A stretch of DNA of 64,000 nt from NCBI GenBank assembly GCA_937902805.1, contig CALEMB010000103.1, positions 6,095 through 70,094 of the forward strand. The letters run 5' to 3'. How positions within the stretch are numbered: position 1 is the first letter of the stretch; every line of letters begins with the position of its first letter. A program made the position numbers and the translations under genes. Below are positions 43,932 to 53,074 of this stretch, piece after piece. Source of the DNA: an uncultured Bacteroidales bacterium (GTDB taxonomy: Bacteria > Bacteroidota > Bacteroidia > Bacteroidales > F082). The notes beneath the pieces were generated by a model. The model searched no databases. It was not told the origin of the DNA and saw only the letters and a program-made list of their open reading frames with translations.

Positions 43932-45179
43932 ATGAAATTAAATGCAATGAAAAATCTAAAGCTGAAAAAGCCATCCTTGACTGTTCAAATTGGCATCGCA
44001 TTGGTATTGGCAGTGCTGGCTGGTATATTGCTGAGAAACCAAGCCGACTTTGTCAACCAATATATCAAGCCCTTCGGCATCATTTTCTTGAACCTGCTGA
44101 AGTTCATCGTGGTGCCGCTGGTACTTTTTTCCATCATGGCGGGTATCTTGTCGATGAATGATGTCTCAAAGGTCGGCAAATTGGGACTTCGTGTCCTGCT
44201 TTATTTCATAGTGACGACCCTCTTCGCAGTGACGTTGGGACTGGTTGTGCCTTCCTTGTTGAGAGGTATCTTGCCAGTCATTCATATCAACACGGAAATG
44301 ACGGCAGAAACCATCGAAACGCATCATTTCTCAGTGATGGATCAGATAGTGAACATGTTTCCGAGCAACATCCTTGAGCCGGTGGGCTCAATGGAGATGA
44401 TGCAAGTCATCGTGATAGCCTTGTTTTTCGGCATCGCTATGGTGCATGTGGGGGAGAAGGGAGAGATGGCTCGAAAAGTGACGTTGAGCTTCAGCGATGT
44501 AGTGTGCAAAATCCTGGAATACATCATGGCGCTGGCACCCATCGGCGTGTTCTGCATGCTGGTTCCCGTGGTGGTCGACAACGGACCTGTGGTGTTGGGT
44601 TCGTATGCCGCCCTGTTGGCCTTAGCTTACTTTTGTTTCTTTGTCCACGCAGGGGTGGTCTATTCCTCGGCAGTGGGTCTGCTGGGAGGCCTCTCGCCGC
44701 TGAAGTTTTTCAAGGGAATGCAGCCAGCCATGCTGTTTGCTTTCTCCAGCGATTCGTCGGTGGCCACGTTACCATATACGATGCAATGTACAGAGAAATT
44801 AGGCGTTAATAAAGACATAGGCAGCTTTGTGCTGTCGTTGGGTGCGACCATCAACATGGACGGTGTAGCCATCTATTTGGGCGTAGCTTCGGTGTTTATG
44901 GCCAATTGCTGTGGCATCGATCTTTCCATGAGTCAATATTTGGCCATTGCCTTTGCCTCGACGGTGGCTTCCATCGGTACCCCTGGCATCCCTGGGGGCA
45001 GTTTGGCCCTGATGGCGATGGTGTTCGCTTCGGCAGGCATCCCCGTCGAGTGTGTTGCCGTGGCTGCGGGCATAGACCGCATCATAGATATGGGTCGCAC
45101 CGTCATGTCGGTCACTGGTGACGCTTCCTGTGCTGTTGTGATGCAAAAACATATCTCTTTGTCTGAAACGGTAAATTAA
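43932..45179 (+). CDS. dicarboxylate/amino acid:cation symporter (DAACS/GltP family)
   Basis: Trimmed to the ATG at 43932, which follows the -7 box at 43906. It shows DAACS hallmarks: FSSDSSVATLP and GATINMDG. Confidence 0.85.
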   Translation: MKLNAMKNLKLKKPSLTVQIGIALVLAVLAGILLRNQADFVNQYIKPFGIIFLNLLKFIVVPLVLFSIMAGILSMNDVSKVGKLGLRVLLYFIVTTLFAVTLGLVVPSLLRGILPVIHINTEMTAETIETHHFSVMDQIVNMFPSNILEPVGSMEMMQVIVIALFFGIAMVHVGEKGEMARKVTLSFSDVVCKILEYIMALAPIGVFCMLVPVVVDNGPVVLGSYAALLALAYFCFFVHAGVVYSSAVGLLGGLSPLKFFKGMQPAMLFAFSSDSSVATLPYTMQCTEKLGVNKDIGSFVLSLGATINMDGVAIYLGVASVFMANCCGIDLSMSQYLAIAFASTVASIGTPGIPGGSLALMAMVFASAGIPVECVAVAAGIDRIIDMGRTVMSVTGDASCAVVMQKHISLSETVN

Positions 45180-45193
45180 AACTACATACTACT

Positions 45194-45739
45194 ATGGAAA
45201 CAATTTATGATTACAAAGCCCAGAACAACAAGGGCGCAGAAGTGGACATGGCCCAGTATCGCGGTCAAGTCCTGATGATTGTCAACACCGCTTCGAAGTG
45301 CGGTTTCACTCCCCAATACGATGGCTTGGAAGCCCTCTACCAGAAGTACAAGGACCAAGGTCTGGTCATTATTGGCTTCCCTTGCGACCAATTCGCCCAC
45401 CAAGAGCCCGGCAGTGACGAGGAAATCGCCGAATTCTGCCGTCTCAACCACGGCGTGACCTTCCCGTTGATGAAGAAAATCGACGTGAACGGCAAAGACG
45501 CGCACCCCATCTACGAATACCTGAAGTCACAAGCCCCGACCGAGGAATACAAAGGCTTGAAAGCCAAGGCTTCACATACACTGTTCAAATCCATCAGCAA
45601 GAGCGTGGAGAAGGAGGGAGACATCATGTGGAACTTCACCAAATTCCTCATCTCGCGCGACGGTGCCACGGTGAAGCGTTTCCCGCCCACCACAACACCT
45701 GAAGAGATGGAGGCCGACATTGAACAGATGCTGAAATAA
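45194..45739 (+). CDS. glutathione peroxidase
   Basis: Motifs NTASKCGFT, FPCDQFAHQEPG and WNFTKFLI. Confidence 0.9.
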   Translation: METIYDYKAQNNKGAEVDMAQYRGQVLMIVNTASKCGFTPQYDGLEALYQKYKDQGLVIIGFPCDQFAHQEPGSDEEIAEFCRLNHGVTFPLMKKIDVNGKDAHPIYEYLKSQAPTEEYKGLKAKASHTLFKSISKSVEKEGDIMWNFTKFLISRDGATVKRFPPTTTPEEMEADIEQMLK

Positions 45740-45755
45740 GAAAAACGGATGCAAA

Positions 45756-46940
45756 ATGGACACATTTAATGATTTCATTTATGATATTCCCGTAAGAATC
45801 TATTTCGGGCGCGACCAACTGAAACACCTTGGCGCAGAACTCAAAAAATACGGCACACGCGTACTGATGACTTATGGCGGCGGCTCCATCAAGAAGATGG
45901 GGCTTTACGACCGTGTGGTGAAAGAAATCAAGGACGCTGGACTTGAGCTGCACGAACTTTCGGGCATCGAGCCGAATCCGCGCATCGGCTCTGTCAGGAG
46001 AGGTGTGCAAATGTGCAAGGAGCACCATATTGACGTGCTGCTGGCTGTGGGTGGTGGCTCTACCATCGATGCCACTAAGATCATGGCTGCCGGTGCTTTT
46101 GTTGAGCATGACCCATGGGACTTCCTCGACCTCAGCAAACGTACCCCCATCGAACGTGCCTTGCCCATCGTCAGCATCCTGACGCTCTCGGCTACGGGCT
46201 CCGAGATGGACACGGCTGCCGTCATCAGCAATCCCGAAACCAACGACAAAATCGGCCGTCTGGATCGAGCCTTGCTGCCCAAGGCCTCCTTCCTCGACCC
46301 GACCAACACTTTCACTGTCAGTCCTTATCAGACCGCCTGCGGATCGGCCGACATCCTGTCGCACCTCTTCGAGGTCTATTTCAACATGGACCAAGACCTT
46401 TACATGCTTGATTGCTTCATGGAAGGCCTGATGAAGACCGTCATCCGCTACGCTCCCGTCGCCATGCGCCAACCTGATAACTATGAGGCGCGCGCCAACC
46501 TGATGTGGGCTTCCTCGTGGGCCATCAACGGCTTCGTGAACGGCGGCAAACGCAAAGCCTGGAGTTGTCACCCGATGGAGCACGAGCTTTCTGCTTTCTA
46601 CGACATCACCCATGGCCTCGGTCTCGCCATCCTCACCCCGCGCTGGATGGAATACTGCTTGGACGAGACCACCGTGTCGAAATACGTGCAGTTTGGCACC
46701 AATGTCTTCGGCATCGACCCGAGCCTACCCCCAATGGACATCGCCCACCAGGCCATCGAGAAGTTGAGCGACTTCCTCTTCAACACATTGCAGTTGAAGC
46801 GTACCTTCCCCGAGGTAGGCATCGACCGCACCCACTTCGCCGTGATGGCCAAAAAAGCCGTCGGTGGCGACACCCTGCCGGGATTCAAGCCCTTACAGCA
46901 GGCTGATGTGGAGGCGATCTTTGAGATGTGTATGAAGTGA
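45756..46940 (+). CDS. iron-containing (group III) alcohol dehydrogenase
   Basis: 394 aa with the GGGSTIDATK motif and metal-binding histidines in the HPMEHELSAFYDITHG region. Confidence 0.85.
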   Translation: MDTFNDFIYDIPVRIYFGRDQLKHLGAELKKYGTRVLMTYGGGSIKKMGLYDRVVKEIKDAGLELHELSGIEPNPRIGSVRRGVQMCKEHHIDVLLAVGGGSTIDATKIMAAGAFVEHDPWDFLDLSKRTPIERALPIVSILTLSATGSEMDTAAVISNPETNDKIGRLDRALLPKASFLDPTNTFTVSPYQTACGSADILSHLFEVYFNMDQDLYMLDCFMEGLMKTVIRYAPVAMRQPDNYEARANLMWASSWAINGFVNGGKRKAWSCHPMEHELSAFYDITHGLGLAILTPRWMEYCLDETTVSKYVQFGTNVFGIDPSLPPMDIAHQAIEKLSDFLFNTLQLKRTFPEVGIDRTHFAVMAKKAVGGDTLPGFKPLQQADVEAIFEMCMK

Positions 46941-46999
46941 CCCTACAAGGAGAATATGCTTGTCTCATCGGAGATATACAACCAAACGCAACTGAAAAA

Positions 47000-47695
47000 A
47001 TGATGACACTCAAAGAAGCCATTCGCGCCCGACACAGCGTGCGCCAATACACAGAGAAGCCCATTGAGGCAGAGAAGATACAACAACTGCAAGACCTCAT
47101 CGACAAATGTAACCGAGAGGGCAAGCTGCACATCCAGCTGGTGATCGAGGAACCGGCCGCGTTTGCTGGAGGAATCGCCAAGTACAGCAAATTCGTTGGC
47201 GTGCGCAACTATATCGTCATGGTATGCAAGAAAGGCGACGACGTAACTCTTGGCTACTACGGCGAGAAAGTGGTGCTGCTGGCGCAAATGCTCGGGCTGA
47301 ACACCTGCTGGGTGGGCGCTTCCTACCGCAAACAACCCGACCAATACAAGGTGGAGAGCGACGAGACGTTGGTCTGCGTAGTGTCGCTCGGCTATGGTGC
47401 TAACCAAGGGAAGCAACACCCGCAGAAAAGGACCGTTGCCGATGTGACCGACGACCAACGCACCACCGGCCACGGCCAACCTTTCCCCGAATGGTTTGTA
47501 AACGGTGTGGAATCCGCCCTGCTGGCTCCCACCGCCGTCAACCAGCAGAAGTTTGCTTTTATCCTGCATGATAACAACAAGGTGGAGGCGCAGAAACGCT
47601 TCGCTATCTTTGCCAGTTATGCTCCCATAGACCTTGGCATTGCCAAATGCCATTTCGAGATTGGCGCAGGGAAGGAAAACTTTGAGTGGCTGTAG
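47000..47695 (+). CDS. nitroreductase family protein
   Basis: Trimmed to the ATG at 47000 (MMTLKEAIRARHSVRQYTEKPIE, the typical nitroreductase N-terminus). The track start at 46928 is GTG and overlaps the ADH gene. Confidence 0.8.
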   Translation: MMTLKEAIRARHSVRQYTEKPIEAEKIQQLQDLIDKCNREGKLHIQLVIEEPAAFAGGIAKYSKFVGVRNYIVMVCKKGDDVTLGYYGEKVVLLAQMLGLNTCWVGASYRKQPDQYKVESDETLVCVVSLGYGANQGKQHPQKRTVADVTDDQRTTGHGQPFPEWFVNGVESALLAPTAVNQQKFAFILHDNNKVEAQKRFAIFASYAPIDLGIAKCHFEIGAGKENFEWL

Positions 47696-47808
47696 GGTGA
47701 GGACGGAGCTTGGCTCCGAGGCACAAGCCATCGCCGAATCCGATGCCTCAACCCCGACTGCATTTTCGTCAAATAAAAATAAAAGGTGCTCCGAAACGGA
47801 TAATACAC

Positions 47809-47816
47809 TATCTTTG
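47809..47816 (+). promoter_or_regulatory. -7 box (TATCTTTG) of the MMPL transporter gene
   Basis: Exact match, 27 nt upstream of the ATG at 47844. Confidence 0.55.
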
Positions 47817-47843
47817 CGGTCCGAAATTGGGATAGTATTATCC

Positions 47844-50800
47844 ATGCAGAAGCAGCATATATGGGATATTATTGTTAGGAAGCGCCTGGTGTTTCTTATA
47901 GCGGTGATCGTCGTGGCGCTTGCCAGTGCGCTGATGATTCCGCATACCATTATCAACACCGACATGACACGCTATCTGCCGGACGATTCGCCGATGAAGC
48001 ATGGCATAGACCAGATGACGGAGGAGTTTGGCGAAGAAGCAGTAGGGACGGGCATCGTCAGGGTGATGTTTTGGTCGCTTCCCGACAGTTTGAAGACTTC
48101 AACCAAGGACGACCTTTCCGAAATAGACGGGATTTCCAATATTTTGTATCAGGACGGCAGCGCAGAATACAACCAAGGCGAAAAAGTGTTGTACGAATTG
48201 TTGTGCGGCAGCCAACGCAGCCAGCTGGAGATTGCCGACGATATTTCGGACAAATATGGCAGTCGGGTTATCGTGGAAACAAGCGAAAAGGGTAACACAG
48301 CCCCAGTAAGCGTAATCCTTACCGCCTTTATCTTGCTGCTTATCGTGCTGTTCATCATGTGCGAGTCATGGCTCGAACCGCCCATATTCCTTGCCGCCAT
48401 CGGTGTGGCCGTGGCCATCAACATGGGCACAAATGCCTTGCTCAAGAGCGTTTCGGCCACCACAAACTCGATAGCCGCCATCCTTCAGCTTGTCCTCTCC
48501 ATCGACTATTCCATTATCCTCATGAACTGTTACAGGCAGGAGAAGTCGTCGGGAAGCGACAATATTACAGCGATGGTCAACGCGCTCAAAAAAGCCTCGT
48601 TGTCCATTGTCAGCAGTGCCTTTACCACCATCGTCGGACTGATGGCTTTGGTGTTCATGAAGTTTAAAATCGGTGCGGACATGGGCATCGTTTTGGCGAA
48701 GGGCGTCCTTTGCAGCTTGGTGGCGATTTTCACGGTGTTGCCCGCGTTGATATTGGCTTTGGACGGCGCCATCGAGAAATCGAAGAAAAAAGTCTTTAAA
48801 CTCAAAACAGACCGCTTGGCTGGTTTCAGCATGAGGTTCCGCATCCCGTTAGCCATATTTTTCGTGGTCGTATTTGTGAGTTCTTATTACTTCCACAACA
48901 AGACGGAGATTTCATTTTTTCCCGAACAAGAATCCGAAATCGCTAAGTATTTCCCTCAGAAAAACATCATTGTACTGCTATACGAAAACTCCGATTCCGA
49001 AAAAGTAATAGACCTGTCAGACAGCCTGTCCGCAGACCCGAATGTGAAGTCCTTCGTTTCGTATCCGTCGCTGATGCAAAAGCAGCATACGGCAGCATAC
49101 TTTAAAGACGTGGTCGGCAACTTCTCGTCAATGGCGGAAGAAGAAGGCTACAATCTTGCTGACATGGACATCAATCTCATTGTGGATGCCATTTATTATA
49201 TAGCCACAAAGAATCCTAGCGATGAGAGGATGAGCTTCCATGATTTTGCCTCGCTTGCGGCAGGATTGAGCGCTGACACTATGCTAGTGGCGCAGTTGGG
49301 AGGTTCTTCGAACGTCAGCGAAGAAGAACTGCAATACCTCGACCTTCTCGTTGCGCTTACCGACACCAGCCTAATTGACAAAAAGATGACAGCGCAGGAA
49401 ATTTCGGATATGATGGGCATTGACGAGGAAATGATTTCACTGATTTGTCCTCCAGGGGAAAAGACTACCCTTCGCGAAATCATCAAATTGTCCAAAGAAC
49501 TGCTCAACAGCAGTATGATTCCTACGCAGAAAAACGATAAAGTGCCAGAACCCCAACTTGTTGAGCAACAGGAGGAAATCGTTGTTGAAAAAGATACCAT
49601 CGTTATTGTGGAAGAGATTGTCCAGGCGGAAGAAGCAGACATTGCAGACGATGAGGACATGATTTACAAAGATTCGACATTGTTCTTGAAACAATATACC
49701 GCTTCCGAAATCGCCCAAATCATAGGCATGGGCGAAAAAAGCGCTTCAATCATAATCAACCTTTATGGACGAAGCTCGGGACAAAAGACAAAAACCATGT
49801 CGCTGTACGATTTCATCCATTTCGTCCACGACGACCTTGCCAACAGGAGACTTTTTGCTTCGCGGATTGACGCAGAAAGCCGCAGGTTGTTGAAGCACAA
49901 AGAGGATCTTATGGATGCGACACTTCAATCAGGTAAAGTCGAAGTTCCAGAAGAATCGGTAGCTGAGGCCCCAGAAAAACCAGTAGCCGAAGTCATAGTT
50001 GAGCCTGTCGATTTGCGCGAAGAACCCGTGTCAGCCTATGTCATGCCAAAGGTCGACAAGGAAACCATTGAAAAACTCAACCAGGCCGAGGCGATAATGA
50101 ACATCGCCACCGAAGGAAACAGCTTCGATGCTGCCGAGATGTATTCGTTGCTCAACTCGTTTGGTGCCGAAATGAAATTGCGCGATATCGAGTTGGCTTA
50201 CCTTTACAACGGTATCACCCATTTTGATAACGATAGTGTGGAATTGTCGGCAGAAGAGATTCTCGGGACGTTGAACGATTCAATCATTAACAATCCACGC
50301 TTTGCCTCGATGGTGAACGACGACATGAGGTCTGGATTGGATGAAATCAACGTCATGGTCGTTGAAAACCTTGGCCGGTTGCACGGCCCCAATTATTCGC
50401 AAGCCATCGTTTTAACTGAACTTCCCAAGGAATCCGACGAGACCTGCCGCTTTGTGGAAGCCCTTGGTGCACGGTGCGACACCGAACTTGCCGGCAACCA
50501 TTACTTAATTGGCGAGTCAGTGATGATGGACGAGATGCACCACCGATTCGGTGACGAAATGTTTCTTGTCACGCTCATCACCATCTTGTCCATTTTCCTT
50601 ATCGTGGCCCTCACTTTCCGCTCACTTGTCGTGCCCGCCATCCTTGTCATGACAGTGATGTCGGCCGTGTTTATTAATGTGGCGGCGAGCGGTATAAATG
50701 GTTCCCTGCTTTATTTGGCTTACCTTATTATGCAAAGCATATTGATGGGTGCCACCATCGACTATGGCATCCTCTTCACGAACAACTATCGTGAAGCCCG

Positions 50801-51077
50801 AGTGACGGAGTGCAAGATAGAATCCATTCGCAAGGCATACATGTCGTCGACGCACACCATTCTCACATCAGGAATGATTATGACACTTGCTCCGTTCGCC
50901 ATGTCGCTCATGGTAGACGATAAGATGATAGAAATGATACTGCGCTGCATTGCCGCAGGTGCATTGGCAGCCGTATTGTTGATTATCTTCGTGTTGCCAG
51001 GCCTTCTTGCCGCATTCGACAGGTTTGTCGTAAGCAGGCGGTCTAAGGCAAAACAACAACCTTCCGAAGAGGCTTAA
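47844..51077 (+). CDS. MMPL/RND-superfamily transporter with an unusually large second extracytoplasmic domain
   Basis: Trimmed to the ATG at 47844, which follows the -7 box at 47809. Two TM bundles (about aa 155-330 and 890-1060) flank a soluble region of about 550 aa that contains acidic stretches and internal repeats. Confidence 0.75.
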   Translation: MQKQHIWDIIVRKRLVFLIAVIVVALASALMIPHTIINTDMTRYLPDDSPMKHGIDQMTEEFGEEAVGTGIVRVMFWSLPDSLKTSTKDDLSEIDGISNILYQDGSAEYNQGEKVLYELLCGSQRSQLEIADDISDKYGSRVIVETSEKGNTAPVSVILTAFILLLIVLFIMCESWLEPPIFLAAIGVAVAINMGTNALLKSVSATTNSIAAILQLVLSIDYSIILMNCYRQEKSSGSDNITAMVNALKKASLSIVSSAFTTIVGLMALVFMKFKIGADMGIVLAKGVLCSLVAIFTVLPALILALDGAIEKSKKKVFKLKTDRLAGFSMRFRIPLAIFFVVVFVSSYYFHNKTEISFFPEQESEIAKYFPQKNIIVLLYENSDSEKVIDLSDSLSADPNVKSFVSYPSLMQKQHTAAYFKDVVGNFSSMAEEEGYNLADMDINLIVDAIYYIATKNPSDERMSFHDFASLAAGLSADTMLVAQLGGSSNVSEEELQYLDLLVALTDTSLIDKKMTAQEISDMMGIDEEMISLICPPGEKTTLREIIKLSKELLNSSMIPTQKNDKVPEPQLVEQQEEIVVEKDTIVIVEEIVQAEEADIADDEDMIYKDSTLFLKQYTASEIAQIIGMGEKSASIIINLYGRSSGQKTKTMSLYDFIHFVHDDLANRRLFASRIDAESRRLLKHKEDLMDATLQSGKVEVPEESVAEAPEKPVAEVIVEPVDLREEPVSAYVMPKVDKETIEKLNQAEAIMNIATEGNSFDAAEMYSLLNSFGAEMKLRDIELAYLYNGITHFDNDSVELSAEEILGTLNDSIINNPRFASMVNDDMRSGLDEINVMVVENLGRLHGPNYSQAIVLTELPKESDETCRFVEALGARCDTELAGNHYLIGESVMMDEMHHRFGDEMFLVTLITILSIFLIVALTFRSLVVPAILVMTVMSAVFINVAASGINGSLLYLAYLIMQSILMGATIDYGILFTNNYREARVTECKIESIRKAYMSSTHTILTSGMIMTLAPFAMSLMVDDKMIEMILRCIAAGALAAVLLIIFVLPGLLAAFDRFVVSRRSKAKQQPSEEA

Positions 51078-51084
51078 TTCAAGA

Positions 51085-51735
51085 TTATTTCACGAGAAAA
51101 GGATACTTTTTCTTGATGTTGTCGGCGAGGAACTGCGCCACAAGCTCGGTGGGGAACTGTGTCACGTTGAACACGAAATCGTAGTTGCGGGCATCGTAAC
51201 GCGACACGCCGGCGACCGTCTTCGTGTAGTTGTCGCGGGCATCGTCGATTTTGTCAATACGCATACTGGCGGCGTCTTGGTCTAAGGCATACTTCTCCAT
51301 GACGCGTTTCACGCGGGCTTTCCTGTCGGCGATGAAAAAGATCTTCATGGCGTAAGGGTTGTTCCTAAAGACATGGAAACCGGAGCGTCCAATGATGACG
51401 CACGACTCTTGTTCAGCCAGTTCGCGAAGGATTTGTGCCTCAGCAAGATAGATTTGTTGCGAGGTCACCTCGCGGTCTTCTTGTTCTGTATAGCCACCTC
51501 GGCTAGCGGCACCGAATTGTTGGTAGAAATGGCAGAATTCGCTCCACCAGTTGGGCTTGGAAGCTTTAATGCGCCGCAATTCATCAAGGGAGAGGTTGAA
51601 TTTCGAGGTCATGGTATCGAGGATGGCCTTGTCGTAGACATTGAAGCCAAGCAACTCGCCGAGTTTGTAGGCGATTTCCCTGCCACCCGAACCGAACTCA
51701 CGGTTGATGGCGATAATGATTTTCGGATTTTCCAT
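51085..51735 (-). CDS. cytidylate kinase-like family protein
   Basis: Trimmed to the ATG at 51735 (MENPKIIIAINREFGSGGREIAYKLG). Confidence 0.7.
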   Translation of the reverse strand: MENPKIIIAINREFGSGGREIAYKLGELLGFNVYDKAILDTMTSKFNLSLDELRRIKASKPNWWSEFCHFYQQFGAASRGGYTEQEDREVTSQQIYLAEAQILRELAEQESCVIIGRSGFHVFRNNPYAMKIFFIADRKARVKRVMEKYALDQDAASMRIDKIDDARDNYTKTVAGVSRYDARNYDFVFNVTQFPTELVAQFLADNIKKKYPFLVK

Positions 51736-51755
51736 TGTTATTGGTATTGATGGGA

Positions 51756-51763
51756 CAAAAATA
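51756..51763 (-). promoter_or_regulatory. -7 box (TATTTTTG) of the cytidylate kinase-like gene
   Basis: Exact match, 20 nt upstream of the ATG at 51735. Confidence 0.5.
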
Positions 51764-51828
51764 CAAAAATTCTGCAAAGCGGACAAACTTTGAATTTTGG
51801 GTTTTTGCATTTTTACATTATCTTTTTC

Positions 51829-51836
51829 TATCTTTG
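51829..51836 (+). promoter_or_regulatory. -7 box (TATCTTTG) of the GNAT gene; predicts a leaderless mRNA
   Basis: Exact match, 5 nt before the ATG at 51842. Confidence 0.5.
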
Positions 51837-51841
51837 CCCCC

Positions 51842-52327
51842 ATGAATAACACATTTAACATCCGTCCAGCCCAGCCCGAGGAGGCGGGCCTTGTCCTTGA
51901 GTTCATCAAGAAACTCGCTGTCTATGAGAAATGCGCCGATGAGGTGGTCACCGACGAAACTACCTTGCACCATTCCCTGTTTGTGGAACATTCTGCCGAA
52001 GTGGTCTTCGCTGAGGAAAACGGTGTGGTCATAGGCTTTGCCCTGTTTTTCCATAACTTCTCGACCTTTGTGGGACGCAAGGGGCTTTATCTCGAAGACT
52101 TGTTCATCCTTCCCGAAAAGCGCGGTTTGGGCTACGGAAAAGCCTTGTTGAAATACCTTGCTCGCCTCGCCGTGGAGCGCCATTGTGGCCGCATGGAGTG
52201 GATCTGTCTTGACTGGAACAAGCCCGCGCTGAAGGTATATCGTAGCATCGGTGCCATTCCCATGGACGAATGGACCGTACAACGCCTTGACGAAGGCGCC
52301 TTGAAACGCTTTGCAGAGGCAGAGTAA
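51842..52327 (+). CDS. GNAT-family N-acetyltransferase
   Basis: Trimmed to the ATG at 51842 (MNNTFNIRPAQPEEAG...). The acetyl-CoA motif is RGLGYGKALL. Confidence 0.8.
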   Translation: MNNTFNIRPAQPEEAGLVLEFIKKLAVYEKCADEVVTDETTLHHSLFVEHSAEVVFAEENGVVIGFALFFHNFSTFVGRKGLYLEDLFILPEKRGLGYGKALLKYLARLAVERHCGRMEWICLDWNKPALKVYRSIGAIPMDEWTVQRLDEGALKRFAEAE

Positions 52328-52406
52328 AACTATTATCATCATTATTTGTGAGCGAAGCTTCTGTTTTTCATCACAATTAATGAGATATAGGTTGTAAAAA
52401 TATTCC

Positions 52407-52414
52407 TATTTTTG
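52407..52414 (+). promoter_or_regulatory. -7 box (TATTTTTG) of the His/Cys-rich protein gene; predicts a leaderless mRNA
   Basis: Exact match, 4 nt before the ATG at 52419. Confidence 0.5.
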
Positions 52415-52418
52415 CGAC

Positions 52419-52880
52419 ATGAAAAAACGAATCCTGCAAATCAGTTCCTTGGTGATGGCCCTTGTGGTGCTTTTCGTCTCGATGGGTTGGGACGTGAAGT
52501 TCCATTATTGCACCGAAGACCACCATTTGTCAGGAAGCTTTGTTGATGCGGCGGAATCGTGCCATCATTGCATTGGGCATGAGCATGGGCACGAAGCCCA
52601 CTTCACGCATCAGGATGTGGTACAATTCAACGCCAAATGCTGCTGCGAGGATTTCGACAGCGTCATCCAGTTCACTGACAATTTCGTTTTTTCTCCAGAA
52701 AAACACCTTAATATTCAGTTGCAGCCGATGGTCTTAGCGTATCACGATATTCAAGAGCTGTTGCCGAAGACACAACAGGTGCTACATTATTTTACCGCAC
52801 GAAAAATACCCCATTTCTTTTCCGCCAGGGAGTTGCTGGTGTTTTTCTCAGCTTTACGGTTGAATCCGTTGGTTTTTTGA
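52419..52880 (+). CDS. membrane-anchored His/Cys-rich protein (HYC_CC_PP-like, tentative)
   Basis: 153 aa with an N-terminal TM helix and motifs FHYCTEDHH, CHHCIGHEHGHEAH and KCCCEDF. The family name is recalled from memory, and I do not see its PP motif. Confidence 0.55.
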   Translation: MKKRILQISSLVMALVVLFVSMGWDVKFHYCTEDHHLSGSFVDAAESCHHCIGHEHGHEAHFTHQDVVQFNAKCCCEDFDSVIQFTDNFVFSPEKHLNIQLQPMVLAYHDIQELLPKTQQVLHYFTARKIPHFFSARELLVFFSALRLNPLVF

Positions 52881-52887
52881 ATCCTTT

Positions 52888-52985
52888 ATGACGCGTCAGC
52901 GTCATTGCGAGGAGGTACGACGAAGCAATCTAGGATAAAGGCTATTCATGCTGGATCGCTTCGTGCCTCGCGATGACGCAAAGCG
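52888..52985. repeat. ~95-bp imperfect palindromic intergenic element (REP/MITE-like), copy 1
   Basis: The arms CGTCATTGCGAGG-AGGTACGACGAAGCAATC and GATCGCTTCGTG-CCTCGCGATGACG pair with each other. The element is flanked by TGACGCGTCA on the left and CAAAGCG on the right. Confidence 0.85.
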
Positions 52986-53038
52986 GCAGAACGGACAATA
53001 CAATTTAGTGGCTGCCACGATGTGACAGCTCTACAAAC

Positions 53039-53074
53039 GAATTTTAAATTTTTAAATCTTAAATTTTGAATCCA
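53039..53074 (+). promoter_or_regulatory. conserved 5' leader module, TonB-dependent receptor copy
   Basis: It reads GAATTTTAAATTTTTAAATCTTAAATTTTGAATCCA-ATG. Confidence 0.6.

Noticed and set aside
45648-47965. Two long minus-strand ORFs (321 and 340 aa) antisense to the alcohol dehydrogenase and nitroreductase genes
   Set aside because: The plus-strand genes carry clear family motifs and sit in an operon-like series. The antisense ORFs are arginine/glycine-rich shadows typical of GC-richer coding DNA.
52881-53074. Riboswitch (for example cobalamin or another metabolite) upstream of the TonB-dependent receptor
   Set aside because: The spacer is fully accounted for by the palindromic repeat element plus the A/T-rich leader module. 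I see no B12-box or other conserved riboswitch core.
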